Assembly (NCBI GenBank): GCA_030295235.1
Contig: AP026130.1
Span: forward strand, 1,054,001 to 1,118,000
Length of the DNA stretch: 64,000 nt
Direction: 5' to 3'
Source of the DNA: Fistulifera solaris
Taxonomy: Eukaryota
Shown: piece after piece, positions 48,372-59,982 of the stretch
Position numbering within the stretch: the stretch's first letter is position 1
How the letters are laid out: every line of letters starts with the position of its first letter
Made by a program: the position numbers and the translations under genes
The notes under the pieces: generated by a model
Told to the model about the DNA's origin: nothing
The model's input: the letters and a program-made list of their open reading frames with translations, nothing else
The model's database searches: none

Positions 48372-49484
48372 TTAGCCGTAGCAGCGAATGGTGGTATCAT
48401 CTCCTTTTCTCGCACTCTGTCCGCCTTTAAGTAAATATTGCTGATGATAGTCTTCAGCAAACCAAAATTTTTCAGCGGGCAAACACTCGGTAACACAGTC
48501 TTCTCCAAAGTCCCCAACAATTGCTTCGGCAATTCGCTTTTGTTCCGGCGTGTGAAAGTAAACACCGTGTCGATATTGTGTTCCTCGGTCATTTCCCACT
48601 TGATTTTTCAAATACTTATTTTCTCCCAGTCGATCCATAGCTAAATGAACTAAGCGTTCGTAGGATACGACATCCGGATCGTACGTTACGGCAATGGCTT
48701 CGGTGTGCCCGGTGGTTCCCGAACAAACTTCTTCATACGTGGGAGCAACACGTTGGCCTTGTGTATAACCGACCGCTGTAGCCACCACACCAGGTTCTCG
48801 CATGTATGCTAATTCTCCACCCCAGAAGCATCCCAGAGCAAAGGTCGCCACTTGGAACCTCGACGTCTGTTTTTCTCCAAATACTGTCATTGTAGGTCCA
48901 TCCTCCACACTTATCAGTGTCACAGACGCCTCGTACGTGGCTCCAGCCAACGGCGGATTAGCATCAATGGTAAAATCCTTTTCTTTGACTTTAGTGACAA
49001 CACACTTGAGCCCATTGGCCAGCATCAATTCCACTCCCGGTCGAATTTGTGAGGGATCGTCGATAGCAGCTTGTGCGAATTCAACGGTAGCGACCAAATC
49101 CGATCTCCGTTCGCCCCAACCTGCATCGAGACTAACACCATTCACCGACTCGCCTACCTGTAAGCCTTGCACGAGATCGTGCAGACCGGGCAAGTAGTTG
49201 CCGCGGCCGAGCGCAAACGTCAGACGTGCGGGCGGACTTTCATCGTGCAAGACGACGCCGTCAATCAACGGTTCTGGCACATAATCGCCTTCTGGTTTTA
49301 AACGGCAATCTACAGTGACAATGGATCCTTCCTGTATGCGAATTGCGGGCTTTTCTTCCTCTGAGAAGGTTTCAGTAGCAGCGAAACGTAATGTACTGGT
49401 CACAGGGGTTTTGGGAAAGATCCATGCGTTTCCTTTTGTAAAGAAAAGGAAAATTGCCAGTGAATACAACTTCAAAGCCGACAT
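48372..49484 (-). CDS. msrA: SlyD/FKBP-type PPIase domain fused to methionine sulfoxide reductase A, probably plastid-targeted
   Basis: Signal peptide ending GNA-W; LTFALGRGNYLPGL...IDANPPLAG (SlyD-like); GCFWG, GYTQG..PTYEEVCSGTTGHTE, QYR, AEDYHQQYL. Confidence 0.9.
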   Translation of the reverse strand: MSALKLYSLAIFLFFTKGNAWIFPKTPVTSTLRFAATETFSEEEKPAIRIQEGSIVTVDCRLKPEGDYVPEPLIDGVVLHDESPPARLTFALGRGNYLPGLHDLVQGLQVGESVNGVSLDAGWGERRSDLVATVEFAQAAIDDPSQIRPGVELMLANGLKCVVTKVKEKDFTIDANPPLAGATYEASVTLISVEDGPTMTVFGEKQTSRFQVATFALGCFWGGELAYMREPGVVATAVGYTQGQRVAPTYEEVCSGTTGHTEAIAVTYDPDVVSYERLVHLAMDRLGENKYLKNQVGNDRGTQYRHGVYFHTPEQKRIAEAIVGDFGEDCVTECLPAEKFWFAEDYHQQYLLKGGQSARKGDDTTIRCYG

Positions 49485-49644
49485 TACTGCTCAAATTGAG
49501 AGATGACAGAGCTGATAAAGTGCTGAATAATGTAAAAGAGATTGATTTATCGATGCAAATTGAATTGCTTTTACAGTGTCTCTTCTCGCAATAATGAATG
49601 TGTCTTTTTGTTAAGGTATTCACCGCGACGAGAAAAATAGACTA

Positions 49645-50100
49645 GCAGCGTTTCTGTGTGAATTCCAGAAAATCTGGAAATGCGATCTCGTAATACAGAA
49701 ATTCTGTTTGATTGGTCCAGAAATTCTGGACCAGGTGGTTTCATCTTTAGGTGGTTTCATCTTCAGTTTCATCTCACACATCATAGGTTCTGTGCTGGTT
49801 CCAGAAAATCTGGAGACGGTGTTATGGATCGTACAGAAAGGTTGTATTGCTTCCACAAAATCAGGAGACGGCGTTTTTCGACCAACAGCGCTTCTGTGTG
49901 TATTCCAGAAATTCTGGAAATGCGATCTCGTCATTTTTGTGACCGAAAGTGAAATTTCAGAATTTCTGGAATGCACGAAAAATCTCTGCGTGCCGCAAAA
50001 CACAGATTCCAAGGTGATTTTTCGCATGTCCAGAAAAAGAAAAGAAAAAAAGAAAAATGTGATGGGGATGTGTGGTATTTTCACGTGTCCAGAAATTGAA
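49645..50100. repeat. Cluster of CCAGAAA(A/T)TCTGG motifs, including a ~45-bp direct repeat at 240-bp spacing
   Basis: Motif at 49665, 49716, 49801, 49905; TTTTCACGTGTCCAGAAA at ~50078 is also found in the 26-kb minisatellite. Confidence 0.7.
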
Positions 50101-50239
50101 TTGTTCTTGATGATGAAAAAATAATTATATCGTAACTTTTATTTATCATGAATACTGCAATTGCCACGCTTCACCCCTAAAGACTTTAATTGCAGGGCTG
50201 GAAAACATGTGCAGGCCGTCAACACGTTGAAGAGGAAGA

Positions 50240-51923
50240 ATGAAGCACAGCAAAGGATTTTGGTTGCTGCTAGCAATACTTGTCTACAGTTTCCTTTGGA
50301 TGACGATATCCTTTCAACAGTTAGACTTAGGCTTAAAGTCGCCTGTTGGTGGTGTTCTTGTTCGCTTTTCAGCTATCGAGACGATCATGGACGACAATAT
50401 ACTTGAAGAAAACTATGCGGAAGATATACTTTGTCGCTCTTGTCGGCACGCCTTCGCCACAGAGTCGATGCGTTGTGGTGCCTCAATTCCTGAAAGTTCG
50501 TTTCATTCAGACACTCACATTGCGAAAAGAATTCGTCAAAGTGGAATCGAAGTTTCGCGCCAATATCCACAGACTTGTGCGCAGTGTCATCCCGATCACT
50601 GTCCTCCCGCCGACAAACGCTATTGGAGGTACGATCGCGTTGACATCGCAACTCAAAAAGCCGTTCACGTAGAACTGAATGCTGTGCCATTTCGAAATCG
50701 GTTACCTCCGCACGCGGTCGAGAACATCACACAATATTTACTCATGGATTATCCCGAACGAATCTATCCAGCACGAGAATACTTCTTTGATTACAATCCA
50801 TCTATTATTCAATTACCGGAGCCAGATGGGAAAGCGCGCTACCTAGCTTCCTTCCGTGTGTCCAATCAACATTATTGTTTACATCCCGACGAACGAAAGC
50901 TCATGAACGGTATCATGAAAACCGATGGATCGCTGGACAGCGCAAAGTCTCCACCGCCCGCAAAGAATTGGCTGGGTTTAGCGTGGTTAGACGAACAGCT
51001 TCAGATCGTTCAAGATACAATATTGGATGTACGCCCGGTAGGCTTCCCTGCAGCCGAAGATTTTCGACTGGTTCGTTTGGGAAACGAAATCTATTTAACC
51101 AGCTACGATCAGATTGCACCTTTGTTTTTCATGAAAAGAATGATACTGTTCGTATTCCACAAGTTCACCCCGAAATACCAGCACCAACCGTGTACTTGAG
51201 AAACTTTGTGTCGTGCGCACCGTGCCGACGGACTTCGAAACGAGGATTCTGCGGAAAGAATTTCAATTATGTTGGCCTTACGCCCGATCAGGCGATCGCA
51301 GAGATATGGCCTTCTCCGCCGCATCTCGTGCGAACCGTCAATTTGACACAACCATGTGATCGCAGTGCAGAGCCGGAAGACTTTGTTGATGTCGCTGCAT
51401 CGCTGCGTCCGTCTTTGCTACTGTAGAAGAAGTTCTGTTTCCTCATTTGCCTTCCGAGGCGTCGCTGTTGACCAGGGGTCGCGGTGGTGCGTGTTGTATT
51501 CCCTGGGTGGACCCTCGCACCCAGCAACCCGTGTGGGTGGGAGTCCTTCATACAAAAACACCTTCACAAGGCAATCGACAGCGCGTCGCAAATGTTACGG
51601 CCAATCATTACTTGTCTCAGTTCTATGCGTTCGAACAAGCCCCTCCTTTCAATCTGGTAGCACTATCGGGCTTCTTTTGTTTAGGCTTCCAGGACGGTGC
51701 AGACCGTGTGCATCACTTGGCCCAACTCTCTTCGTGGCGTCGACTTGAGCTCGGTATTACTTTTAATTGCCCCCGCATTCACTTTGTAAGTGGAATCACG
51801 TTTAAAGCGGGTGATCCCTCGACAATCGTTTTAGCCTTGGGTGTGAACGACTGTTATTCACTATTCTTGGAAGTGCCGACGAGCTCGGTTGATGAAATGC
51901 TATTTCAGTGTCCGCCTGGTTAG
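50240..51923 (+). CDS. Type II membrane protein with a probable five-bladed beta-propeller glycosyltransferase/glycosidase-like domain (GT91/GH130-like); frameshifts ~51130 and ~51420
   Basis: N-terminal TM; YNPSII, EDFRL, GKNF, RGG, GVLH, Y..QFYAFE..PPF.L..LS, IHFVSG, GVNDC. Confidence 0.5.
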
Positions 51924-51959
51924 TTTTACCCCTTTTTTGGCCTCCCACGCTTCACTCAT

Positions 51960-53294
51960 TCAAGGCGTTGCCTTTAGTGCTTTTAGCGTTTCGTGCAGCG
52001 GAGGTGTAAGAAACAAAAGATGGTCACCGTGGGGTCTCGTCTCCACAATGCCTTTATAAGCCGTTCGGGGAATCATCGCCTTTTCATCGTCCATTAACTT
52101 CAAAGCCCGCGCTAGCCGTTGATATTCTTGGAAGTTTCGGTATTCAATACGAGTGTCGCGTTGTTTAACGCTTTGAAGAGCTTGATCAATTGAAGTCTCA
52201 AGTTGAGCTGCTTGTATCAGTGCTGCATAATTTGCATTATAACGCGGTAATTCGAGATTTTTCATCAGTTCATCGCTGGTATGCCTCCAATTTACGGGTG
52301 TTCGGTCTAAAAGAACATTACTCAGTCGAGACCCAAATTGATTCATACTGGCTCCTCCCTTGACCCCGAAGTGAAAAGTGCGACTGATTTCCGGTCGCAG
52401 AATGTGTCTACTTTGTCGCTGCGCCGGCTCTCGCAACCAATCATCCCAATAGCCCTGCGGCCACTTGTGTTGGAGTTCCTCCTCCCACAATTTGCGTGTC
52501 ATCATCCAACCCAAACCCGGAAAGAAATCGGACCGCAACACACGATCCGGTTTCAATACTTTTCCTTCGAAGCCATTGTCATTGAACGCCGAAACCGCCA
52601 GCAACGTAAAATCTTTATCTAAAATAGGGGCCATCGCCGCAAAATACTCAAAGAAATCCTCGGCCGTGTGCAAGTCTTCTTCGAGAATGATGACTCGTTG
52701 TGGCAAAACACTCTTTCCCGGCGCTTGCGCTTGATTGCTGAATACTTGCGTGAGACCCCACCCGTAATGCACCGCCAATTCGATGTAAGGCTTGCCCCGA
52801 ATACTGTTATGATGCTGTAGATGGACTACAGGAATACCAATCTCGGCAAATTGTTTCGTGAAATTTTGTATGACATGGATGACGGCGGGGTCATTGCCAT
52901 CTTGGGAAAGCACAATCGGACAGCCAATACTGCAATCACGGGGAATATTCTTGAGTATATCTGACAGGGTGTCTCTTAGATAATTGTCGCGTTGATAAGT
53001 GAAGATGATCAAGGGTGATTCATAAGGCAACAAATAATTCTTGCGTGGACTTTGAGTTGCATTGCTAGGCAACCCATGCCCTTCTCGGTAGGCGTGAACA
53101 AAATCAAATACAGTGTTCACGCTGCTGTCATGTGGAAAGAAACGATATGAAAAATAACCGTGATAAAACAATGTTCCCACGAGAACAAAGACCCATCCCC
53201 ACGCAAGTAATAATAACAACACGATGGCCAATCGTTCACAGGCAAACGACGACGATGTGTGACTTCGTTTGACCCTCCTTGTCAGTCGCACCAT
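51960..53294 (-). CDS. MGAT1: N-acetylglucosaminyltransferase I (GT13)
   Basis: TM; SQDG, IILEEDL....DFFEYF, VSAFNDNG, RSDFFPGLGWM, YWDDWLR, RPEISRTFHFG. Confidence 0.93.
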   Translation of the reverse strand: MVRLTRRVKRSHTSSSFACERLAIVLLLLLAWGWVFVLVGTLFYHGYFSYRFFPHDSSVNTVFDFVHAYREGHGLPSNATQSPRKNYLLPYESPLIIFTYQRDNYLRDTLSDILKNIPRDCSIGCPIVLSQDGNDPAVIHVIQNFTKQFAEIGIPVVHLQHHNSIRGKPYIELAVHYGWGLTQVFSNQAQAPGKSVLPQRVIILEEDLHTAEDFFEYFAAMAPILDKDFTLLAVSAFNDNGFEGKVLKPDRVLRSDFFPGLGWMMTRKLWEEELQHKWPQGYWDDWLREPAQRQSRHILRPEISRTFHFGVKGGASMNQFGSRLSNVLLDRTPVNWRHTSDELMKNLELPRYNANYAALIQAAQLETSIDQALQSVKQRDTRIEYRNFQEYQRLARALKLMDDEKAMIPRTAYKGIVETRPHGDHLLFLTPPLHETLKALKATP

Positions 53295-54552
53295 CTCCCG
53301 TAGTGCTTTTTGTCTCTTCTATAGTCAAGTCAACGAAGATACTGAGAAAAAAAGTTATCAGAAGGATGTAAAGGGTGTCATTGATGTGTGATGTGCAATG
53401 TGCAATGTGACGCTATTATTTGTCACGTGAATGTCGTGACAATGTGACCTCATGACTGAATCAAAAAAAGCAGTCGTGCAAAAAGTTTTTTTCTCTTTGG
53501 CCTACAGTAAAAGCGGAAATAAATATTTATAAACCTTTTCGACGTAATGACCGAGGTTTGTACTACAATTGCTGCTGTTATGAGATACGAACATAGTCGA
53601 GAGACAAATGCATGGTACGACATGAGGGAGGCAACTGAGATTCAAGAGCAATCTAGCGTTTAGAGATATTGGTTCATGACTGAAATGTAGTCTTGTAAAT
53701 ATTTGTTACACTCTGGACCTATAGTAAATTTTGAACAACGACTACAAGGATCTTAGAAGTAAAGAATCGAGGGGTGCATCACAAATGCTGCTAAAGGTAA
53801 TTGGAACATATTAAAGAGACGAATGAAAGCCGTCTAATTAGCAAAGAAACGAAGGCCCGACGACAGTCGCGCCGAAAAAGAGTAAAAAATGGCTAGAATC
53901 AAGAGTAAAAAATGGCTAGAATCAATAATTCTGATTTGTGGGTGCCGCGATAATCACAACCCTCATTGTTGTAATGCACTTTCTATTTTTTTATTGAAGA
54001 GGAGTAAAACAATGATTTACAGGGACTTAGACGTCAGGATTAATAATCGTGGCCTCATCAAAGTCACTCTACTAGCCGTCGTTGACTACATCTTGCATCA
54101 AGGTGCAGGTTAAATCGACCGTTGGGTCGACGAGATTTTCGCGCACATCCAACTGCAAGTTGCGCGCTCGGATGTCTTGGAGAGACTTCTATACACAATA
54201 TCCAATAGTATTAAGAACCGGTCACTTTTGTTTCTCGGCTTCCTATTGGCTGGGACAGAAAAACACGAGTACGATTTCTGATTTGTCGATACAAAAGTGT
54301 ACTATAGTTTTCGTCGGCGTAAAAAGGTACAATAAACCTTAGCAGCAGCGACTGCGATCGAGCACTCTAGCATCGGGTCGTTTTTGTTGCAAAGCAGAGA
54401 AAGAGATGGGTTATTGCGTTGGATGAATGCCTAAACTGATTATTCTTTCATTTGTTCTCGAATCCTTGAAACGTTGTTACGTCCTTCTCTCTTCCTCCTG
54501 TATATATACTATCAAAGCAGTCATTATAATTGATTCATTTTAATTCAACGAC

Positions 54553-55699
54553 ATGACAATAGCCAACGAAGAGAACGTCGGATTGGCGTTCGGTTTGGTA
54601 ATAGGAGCAGGCTTGGCGACCGCGTTGGGCGCCTCGGTAGTCTTTGTTCCGTCTTTGATTCATCTGGCGAGTCGGCGCACACTAGCGGGGGCTTTGGGAT
54701 TTTCGGCGGGGGTTATGACCTATGTTAGTTTTGTGGAAATTTTCAATAAAAGTAAAACCTCCTTTCAGGATTCTGGATTGGAAGAAGAAAAAGGCGTATG
54801 CGTATGCTACGGTTTGCTTCTTTGGAGGAGTCGCTTTTATGGTGGTAAGTCTTTTCAGTGCAGGTGAAAGATTGTGATCCTTTGCATCGTCTCACGCATT
54901 TTTCTTCAAGGCGTTGAATCACTTGGTGACTGCTTTATTAGGAGGACATCATCACCATAGTCATGATGATCCTATCGGTAGAGACACAAGAAATGAAAGT
55001 CGCGATTCATCTGCTGACGGAGGAGCAGCGCATACTGAACCAGTTGTAGAAGTACCTCGTCCTTGTCCTTGTTGTTCCGAGGATCCGGTTGCTGATTTAC
55101 AAACGATTCAACACATGGCGGCCGAAATGGAACATGCCGAACATTCCGACACGCACAGTAGTCAAAATGCGCACTCACACGACGAAGAAGAAGATCATGC
55201 GGTGGAAAATACACCGCACGTGAGAAAAAGAAGAAGACGCAAAGCATCTGATGCTTATGAGTGTCAATACAGCAATAGCGATTGGACTTCATAATTTTCC
55301 AGAAGGTCTAGCGACATTTGTGGCGACTCTCAATGATCCGGGTGTCGGACTTGTTCTCGCCGTAGCCATTGCTATTCACAACATTCCTGAAGGATTGTGC
55401 GTCGCGATGCCCATTTATTATGCTACCGGCAACCGATGGAAAGCCTTTGGTTGGGCTTTGTTTTCAGGACTGGCGGAGCCCGTCGCGGCTCTGCTGGGCT
55501 GGTTGGTATTGGCGAATTCTTTTCCGATCAACTCTATGCTGTCTTGTTCGGTATGGTAGCGGGTATGATGGTCATTATCAGTGCACGAGAACTATTGCCC
55601 ACAGCGCATCGATACGATCCGGAAGATACGGTGGTCACCTATTCCTTCATGACGGGCATGGCGGTGATTGCACTTTCTTTGGTTTTATTTGTGCTATGA
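54553..55699 (+). CDS. ZIP-family (ZupT/GufA-like) metal transporter (intron ~54845-54910; several frameshifts)
   Basis: [25 protein letters not shown], His-rich loop, [37 protein letters not shown]. Confidence 0.9.
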
Positions 55700-56092
55700 T
55701 CTTGACCTTTTGCGGAACCTCGCTTGTGAGACGTAAAATTTCTCTACTCTGTTTTTGGTCTCCTTGAATGCTGCTCCTTTTTATAAGCTCTTATTATTAC
55801 TTGACGTGTTTATTAGTCGAACTAGAGAGACGGCGATTGTCACTACAGTAATCACGATGTTGCGCAGAAACGATTCCGATTCTATTCTTTGTAAAATATT
55901 GTCAACATTTTGGTCACCAAGTGAATAGCTTGGTGACAATTAGAAAGAATAAAGTGCAGGTGCCATTGAAACACAATTGAAAGCGACATTGGTGTAAAAT
56001 TGGCATTTTTATTTGTTTTGAAGAATGAATAAAGTCCATTAGCGTACAGCGGGGACTGAATCGATCCGCAATTAATAGATATATACACAGGT

Positions 56093-57750
56093 TCAGTTCG
56101 TAACGACACTGCGAGGAGAAATGGAACGAGATACATGTCCCGGAAACTGCTCTTCGTAATACGACCAAAGATGATTGAAAACAGGGAGAATATCGAACTC
56201 ATCGTATCCAGTCCGACGAATGAGTTCTGGTCGCCACTTCGGCTCAACCTGCAAAGCAACCCGAGAGGCCATGATGGCTGCCGCTGCTAGCATCGAAGGG
56301 CGGTACTGTTGAAAGGAATAATCCTGTAAAGCCAGGTTGCAGAAGAACTCGGCGTACCTCTTGAGATATTTAGGAATCTTAGGAATCAACTGGCGCCCCT
56401 GCCATGCGTCATTGACAAAGCAGGCGCCCTTGGCTAGGATGTATCCAACAATGTGCAGGGCCGGAAAGGCGCGCAATTGCCAACCAAGACGCTTCAGAAT
56501 CTCTACTTCGCCATCTCGAAACGCCAACGAATCATAACCCGAATGAGATAACTTTGTGAATCTCAACAGTTCTGGAATATGAGGACAGTGCTCCTCTGCT
56601 TCTTCGTACTTTGCCGCCACCGTGATACATGCTGTAGCAAAGAGCTGCCATAGACTGCGGGGGATATGATCCGATCGGAGAATTTTATCCATGTACAAGA
56701 CACTCACATGAATCGTGGTGTTGTGCAAGCGATAATGTTCTCCCACATCGCTCATCCAGTCTACCAGGAATCTGCGGTAGGTCAGATACGAGGCCGTCGG
56801 ATTATACGAAGAGGGTGAAACAAAGTCACATTCTCGTTCCAGCATATCACGATACAGATCTTCCGTACATACATTCAGCGCTCGATCCACATCCATCTGT
56901 TTCACAAACGTCAAAATAGAATAGAAGATTCGTTAGAAGTTTCTTAGAATGTAACTGATTTATCTTTCAACACTAGTCCATGTAACACAATAGTAGTTGC
57001 AATACGTAATAGACATGGCGCCTTTTCGTGGACAGGAGTAAGACTCACCTCAATACCGTACGCAGGCGATTCCGTGAACTCTTCGGCTGATCTTTTGTGT
57101 ACGCTCTGCAATATATTATGCGAAGCGTTTCTTTCCCATAGCTTGAAATAATAATGAACAAAAGAGAGGGTAAGAATCAGCATTCAGTTGTAATCCATTA
57201 CTCGAATGATTGAAGAGGGTTTCCCTGTATCTTCGTGGCTTGTCGCAAGCGTTCACGTAGCAATGTCCTTACCTGAATTGGTTTAAAGGTGAAGTCACCC
57301 GTCATTCCTCGACTTCTCTCCAAAATATGACGCTGCCTGTTGGATGATGTGGAGTAAACACTAACAGAGTTACAACGATCGATCCAGGAAAGGTGGCGGT
57401 GGCGAACGGGTGATAACTTTCGGAAAGGAAAATTAGATCACAGTCAGTTTCATGGAGGATCCAACGCTATCAGTCTTGGAACGGCGCTGGGAGAAGTTAT
57501 GTCGGCTTTCACCGTCTTTGTAATGAATGAAGAATGGAGGGTTTGTGTGTGCCTTGCGTCGTTGATGCCGTCTTTGGTCTCTGGAATTCCGGACGAGATC
57601 TTGCGTCCGGTACTCGTCCTGGACGGAATCCTTTCCGTTGAAGAAACGTCTTCTACTTTATGTGGGAGCGTCACAACATTTCGCGCTTTCGGCTAACTTG
57701 GTACTTATCACGTGCCGTTGGCTATTTAAATCGAAAACAGCATCTGCCAT
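56093..57750 (-). CDS. Cyclin (A/B-type cyclin box); conserved last exon 56093-56897, upstream exon structure uncertain
   Basis: YRRFLVDWM..V...YRL...TIHVSVLYMDKIL...QLFATACITVAAKYEE; E.EILKRL.W.L; YRPSMLAAAAI; candidate donor sites near 57046 and 57272. Confidence 0.75.
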
Positions 57751-58407
57751 ACACGAAAGTACTTTCCCATGTTTCACAGAAATTTGAAAACAATTCACTA
57801 TACGAGCGAATGTAGGAGGAATGCGTCCGACCGCCGACTGAACGGGAAGTCAGTCCCGACAATCTCTAGGGGAATGAATGAATAATCATCTCTGAACTAT
57901 CTTCGAAAGGTTCTTATCGAAATCATCCATTAACCATGAAATAAAAAAAGTCTCTTGTCATTGTTGCTCTATAGTTTGGCTTGTAGATCTTGTCGGAATC
58001 ATCATTTACGCGTAGCTCTTGGCAAATAATGTTACGAAAATAGCAACGTTGTAAAGCGAATTATCTACTAAACTTGCACGCCAAGATGCACTACTTTTGC
58101 TTGAAAGAACAGAGAAGGCGGGAAAGATGCGGGCCTCAGTATTATGTCTCATTTCACAAGTTGCTCTTTGTCGCGTGGGCGCGTCGAAGCTCGCAGCATT
58201 CGATTCACGGTCGGTGGACGAACACAAACAAAAATGACACGTAAAATGCTTTCTGCGGTGATGGGTCACTTATTGCTGGACAACAAAGTAATGAAAAAGT
58301 AATCTTCGAAAGGTTCTCAATCGCCAGAATTCATCAAACAACTGCTACAGCGTAGTTCATAATCAAAAAATCACAATCGGAACTTTCAACGCATCGATCA
58401 ATTAACA

Positions 58408-59301
58408 ATGATTCACAAAAGATTCATTCTCGTCGCGCGTTTGGTGATTTTGGTGTTATCGTCGGTGCGATGGTGCGCCGCTTCGTCTAATTTATGGAAA
58501 TTACCTCCGGAAACAATGGCTTGTGTGACGGGAGGCACCAAGGGAATCGGTAGAGCGATTGTAGAAGAGCTGGCTGGGACACACGGCATACAAGTCTTCA
58601 CCTGCGCCCGCAATGATAAGGAGCTCTACCTATGTTTAAAGGAATGGCGACAGGAAGGAATGATCTGCGACGGAATAGTGGCCGATGTCGCGACAAAGAA
58701 AGGGAGGGAAACTCTCATCAAGGGACTGAAGCGGTGGTTGAACGGCAGAGCGTTGGATATTCTGATCAACAACGTCGGCACCAACATTCGCAAGCCGTCG
58801 GTCGAATACACGGAAGACGATTACAACTTTATATGGAACACGAATCACAAATCCATGTACGCTCTCACTTGTGCCTGTCATGAATTATTGAAGCGCCCCA
58901 ATACCCGTGGGGCATTGTCTTGTAGCAGTATTGTGCACATTGGAAGCGTGGCAGGTGTGACGTGTATGAAAAGTGGGACACTGTATGCTGCCACCAAGGC
59001 CGCCATGAATCAATTAACGGGAAACTGGGCATGTGAATGGGGCCTGGACGGAATTCGCGTGAACTGCGTAGCACCTTGGTACATCAACACCGAATTGGCA
59101 CAGCAGGTTCTGAAAGATCCAGCTTATCGGAGGACGGTGATAGAGCGAACACCTTTGGGCCGCGTCGGAGAACCAGAAGAAGTGGCGGCACTTGTGGCTT
59201 TCCTTTGTATGCCCGCGGCAGGTTACATCACAGGACAAGTGATATCGGTGGATGGCGGTTTTACACGCAATGGATTCTACGATAGCTTTTACCGATCTTA
59301 G
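58408..59301 (+). CDS. Tropinone reductase-like short-chain dehydrogenase
   Basis: [54 protein letters not shown]. Confidence 0.9.
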   Translation: MIHKRFILVARLVILVLSSVRWCAASSNLWKLPPETMACVTGGTKGIGRAIVEELAGTHGIQVFTCARNDKELYLCLKEWRQEGMICDGIVADVATKKGRETLIKGLKRWLNGRALDILINNVGTNIRKPSVEYTEDDYNFIWNTNHKSMYALTCACHELLKRPNTRGALSCSSIVHIGSVAGVTCMKSGTLYAATKAAMNQLTGNWACEWGLDGIRVNCVAPWYINTELAQQVLKDPAYRRTVIERTPLGRVGEPEEVAALVAFLCMPAAGYITGQVISVDGGFTRNGFYDSFYRS

Positions 59302-59364
59302 TATGTAGATACTTTAACCCATTTCTTCTCTCCAGCTACAAATCTGTTTGCCGTAAACCAATAA

Positions 59365-59964
59365 TTAGAGACGCCGCCTACCGACAAGATATCCTACCGC
59401 AAAGCTAGTGACTAGAGCAAGTAAGATAGTACATGCACCAGCGACGGGTAATCCTAGTGGCAAGACGATATCTTTCGTGTGAGGGTTAGGTGATTCGGAA
59501 ACTTTGTAATGTAGAAGTCGCCCTCCCTGGCTCCCCCTTAAATGATGTTTCAACAATCTTTCGATACGGTTTATAGAACCATGCATGAAAGGGCCCGTCC
59601 CACCACTCCGCCAGTACAGTATCTTCGAGAAAATGAAACACATGCGGAACAAATGGAGGGATGCGAATGTACTGGTTTTCCCTATAAATTTGTTTCCTTG
59701 TTGAGCCATCTTTTCCAAACACCAGACCTCCACTGCACCAGAAAAGACAAAATCGTGTTGATAATCTTTATGGATATCACCTGACCGCATGACCCCGGAT
59801 TTCGTATGCAGGAGGTTAAGGCGTCGGCCTCCGATTTTGAAGTTATGAATTTCACCTCGTTCGTCTACATAGACAGAGGGTGTCGCCACCGCCGCATTTA
59901 CACGAGCAGAAGCTTCATGCACTTCATCTAATAGCAATATTTTCTCTCTTCCGACCCAGTCCAT
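59365..59964 (-). CDS. RmlC-like cupin protein with C-terminal TM (frameshifts ~59715 and ~59530)
   Basis: YVDERGEIHN, RSGDIHK...DFVFSG.VEVW, IRIPPFVPHVFHFLEDT; terminal hydrophobic helix. Confidence 0.6.
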   Translation of the reverse strand: MDWVGREKILLLDEVHEASARVNAAVATPSVYVDERGEIHNFKIGGRRLNLLHTKSGVMRSGDIHKDYQHDFVFSGAVEVWCLEKMAQQGNKFIGKTSTFASLHLFRMCFIFSKILYWRSGGTGPFMHGSINRIERLLKHHLRGSQGGRLLHYKVSESPNPHTKDIVLPLGLPVAGACTILLALVTSFAVGYLVGRRRL

Positions 59965-59982
59965 TGCAAAAAATGCTTGTTG

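Noticed and set aside
53878..53925. Short local duplications (AAGAGTAAAAAATGGCTAGAATC x2; also ~39411-39443 and the TCAGATG run at ~45071-45097)
   Set aside because: Ordinary slippage duplications with no further structure
22934..55699. Frameshifted genes as true pseudogenes or programmed frameshifting
   Set aside because: Breaks fall mostly in homopolymers, catalytic motifs are intact and no accumulation of nonsense codons is evident; sequencing error is more parsimonious
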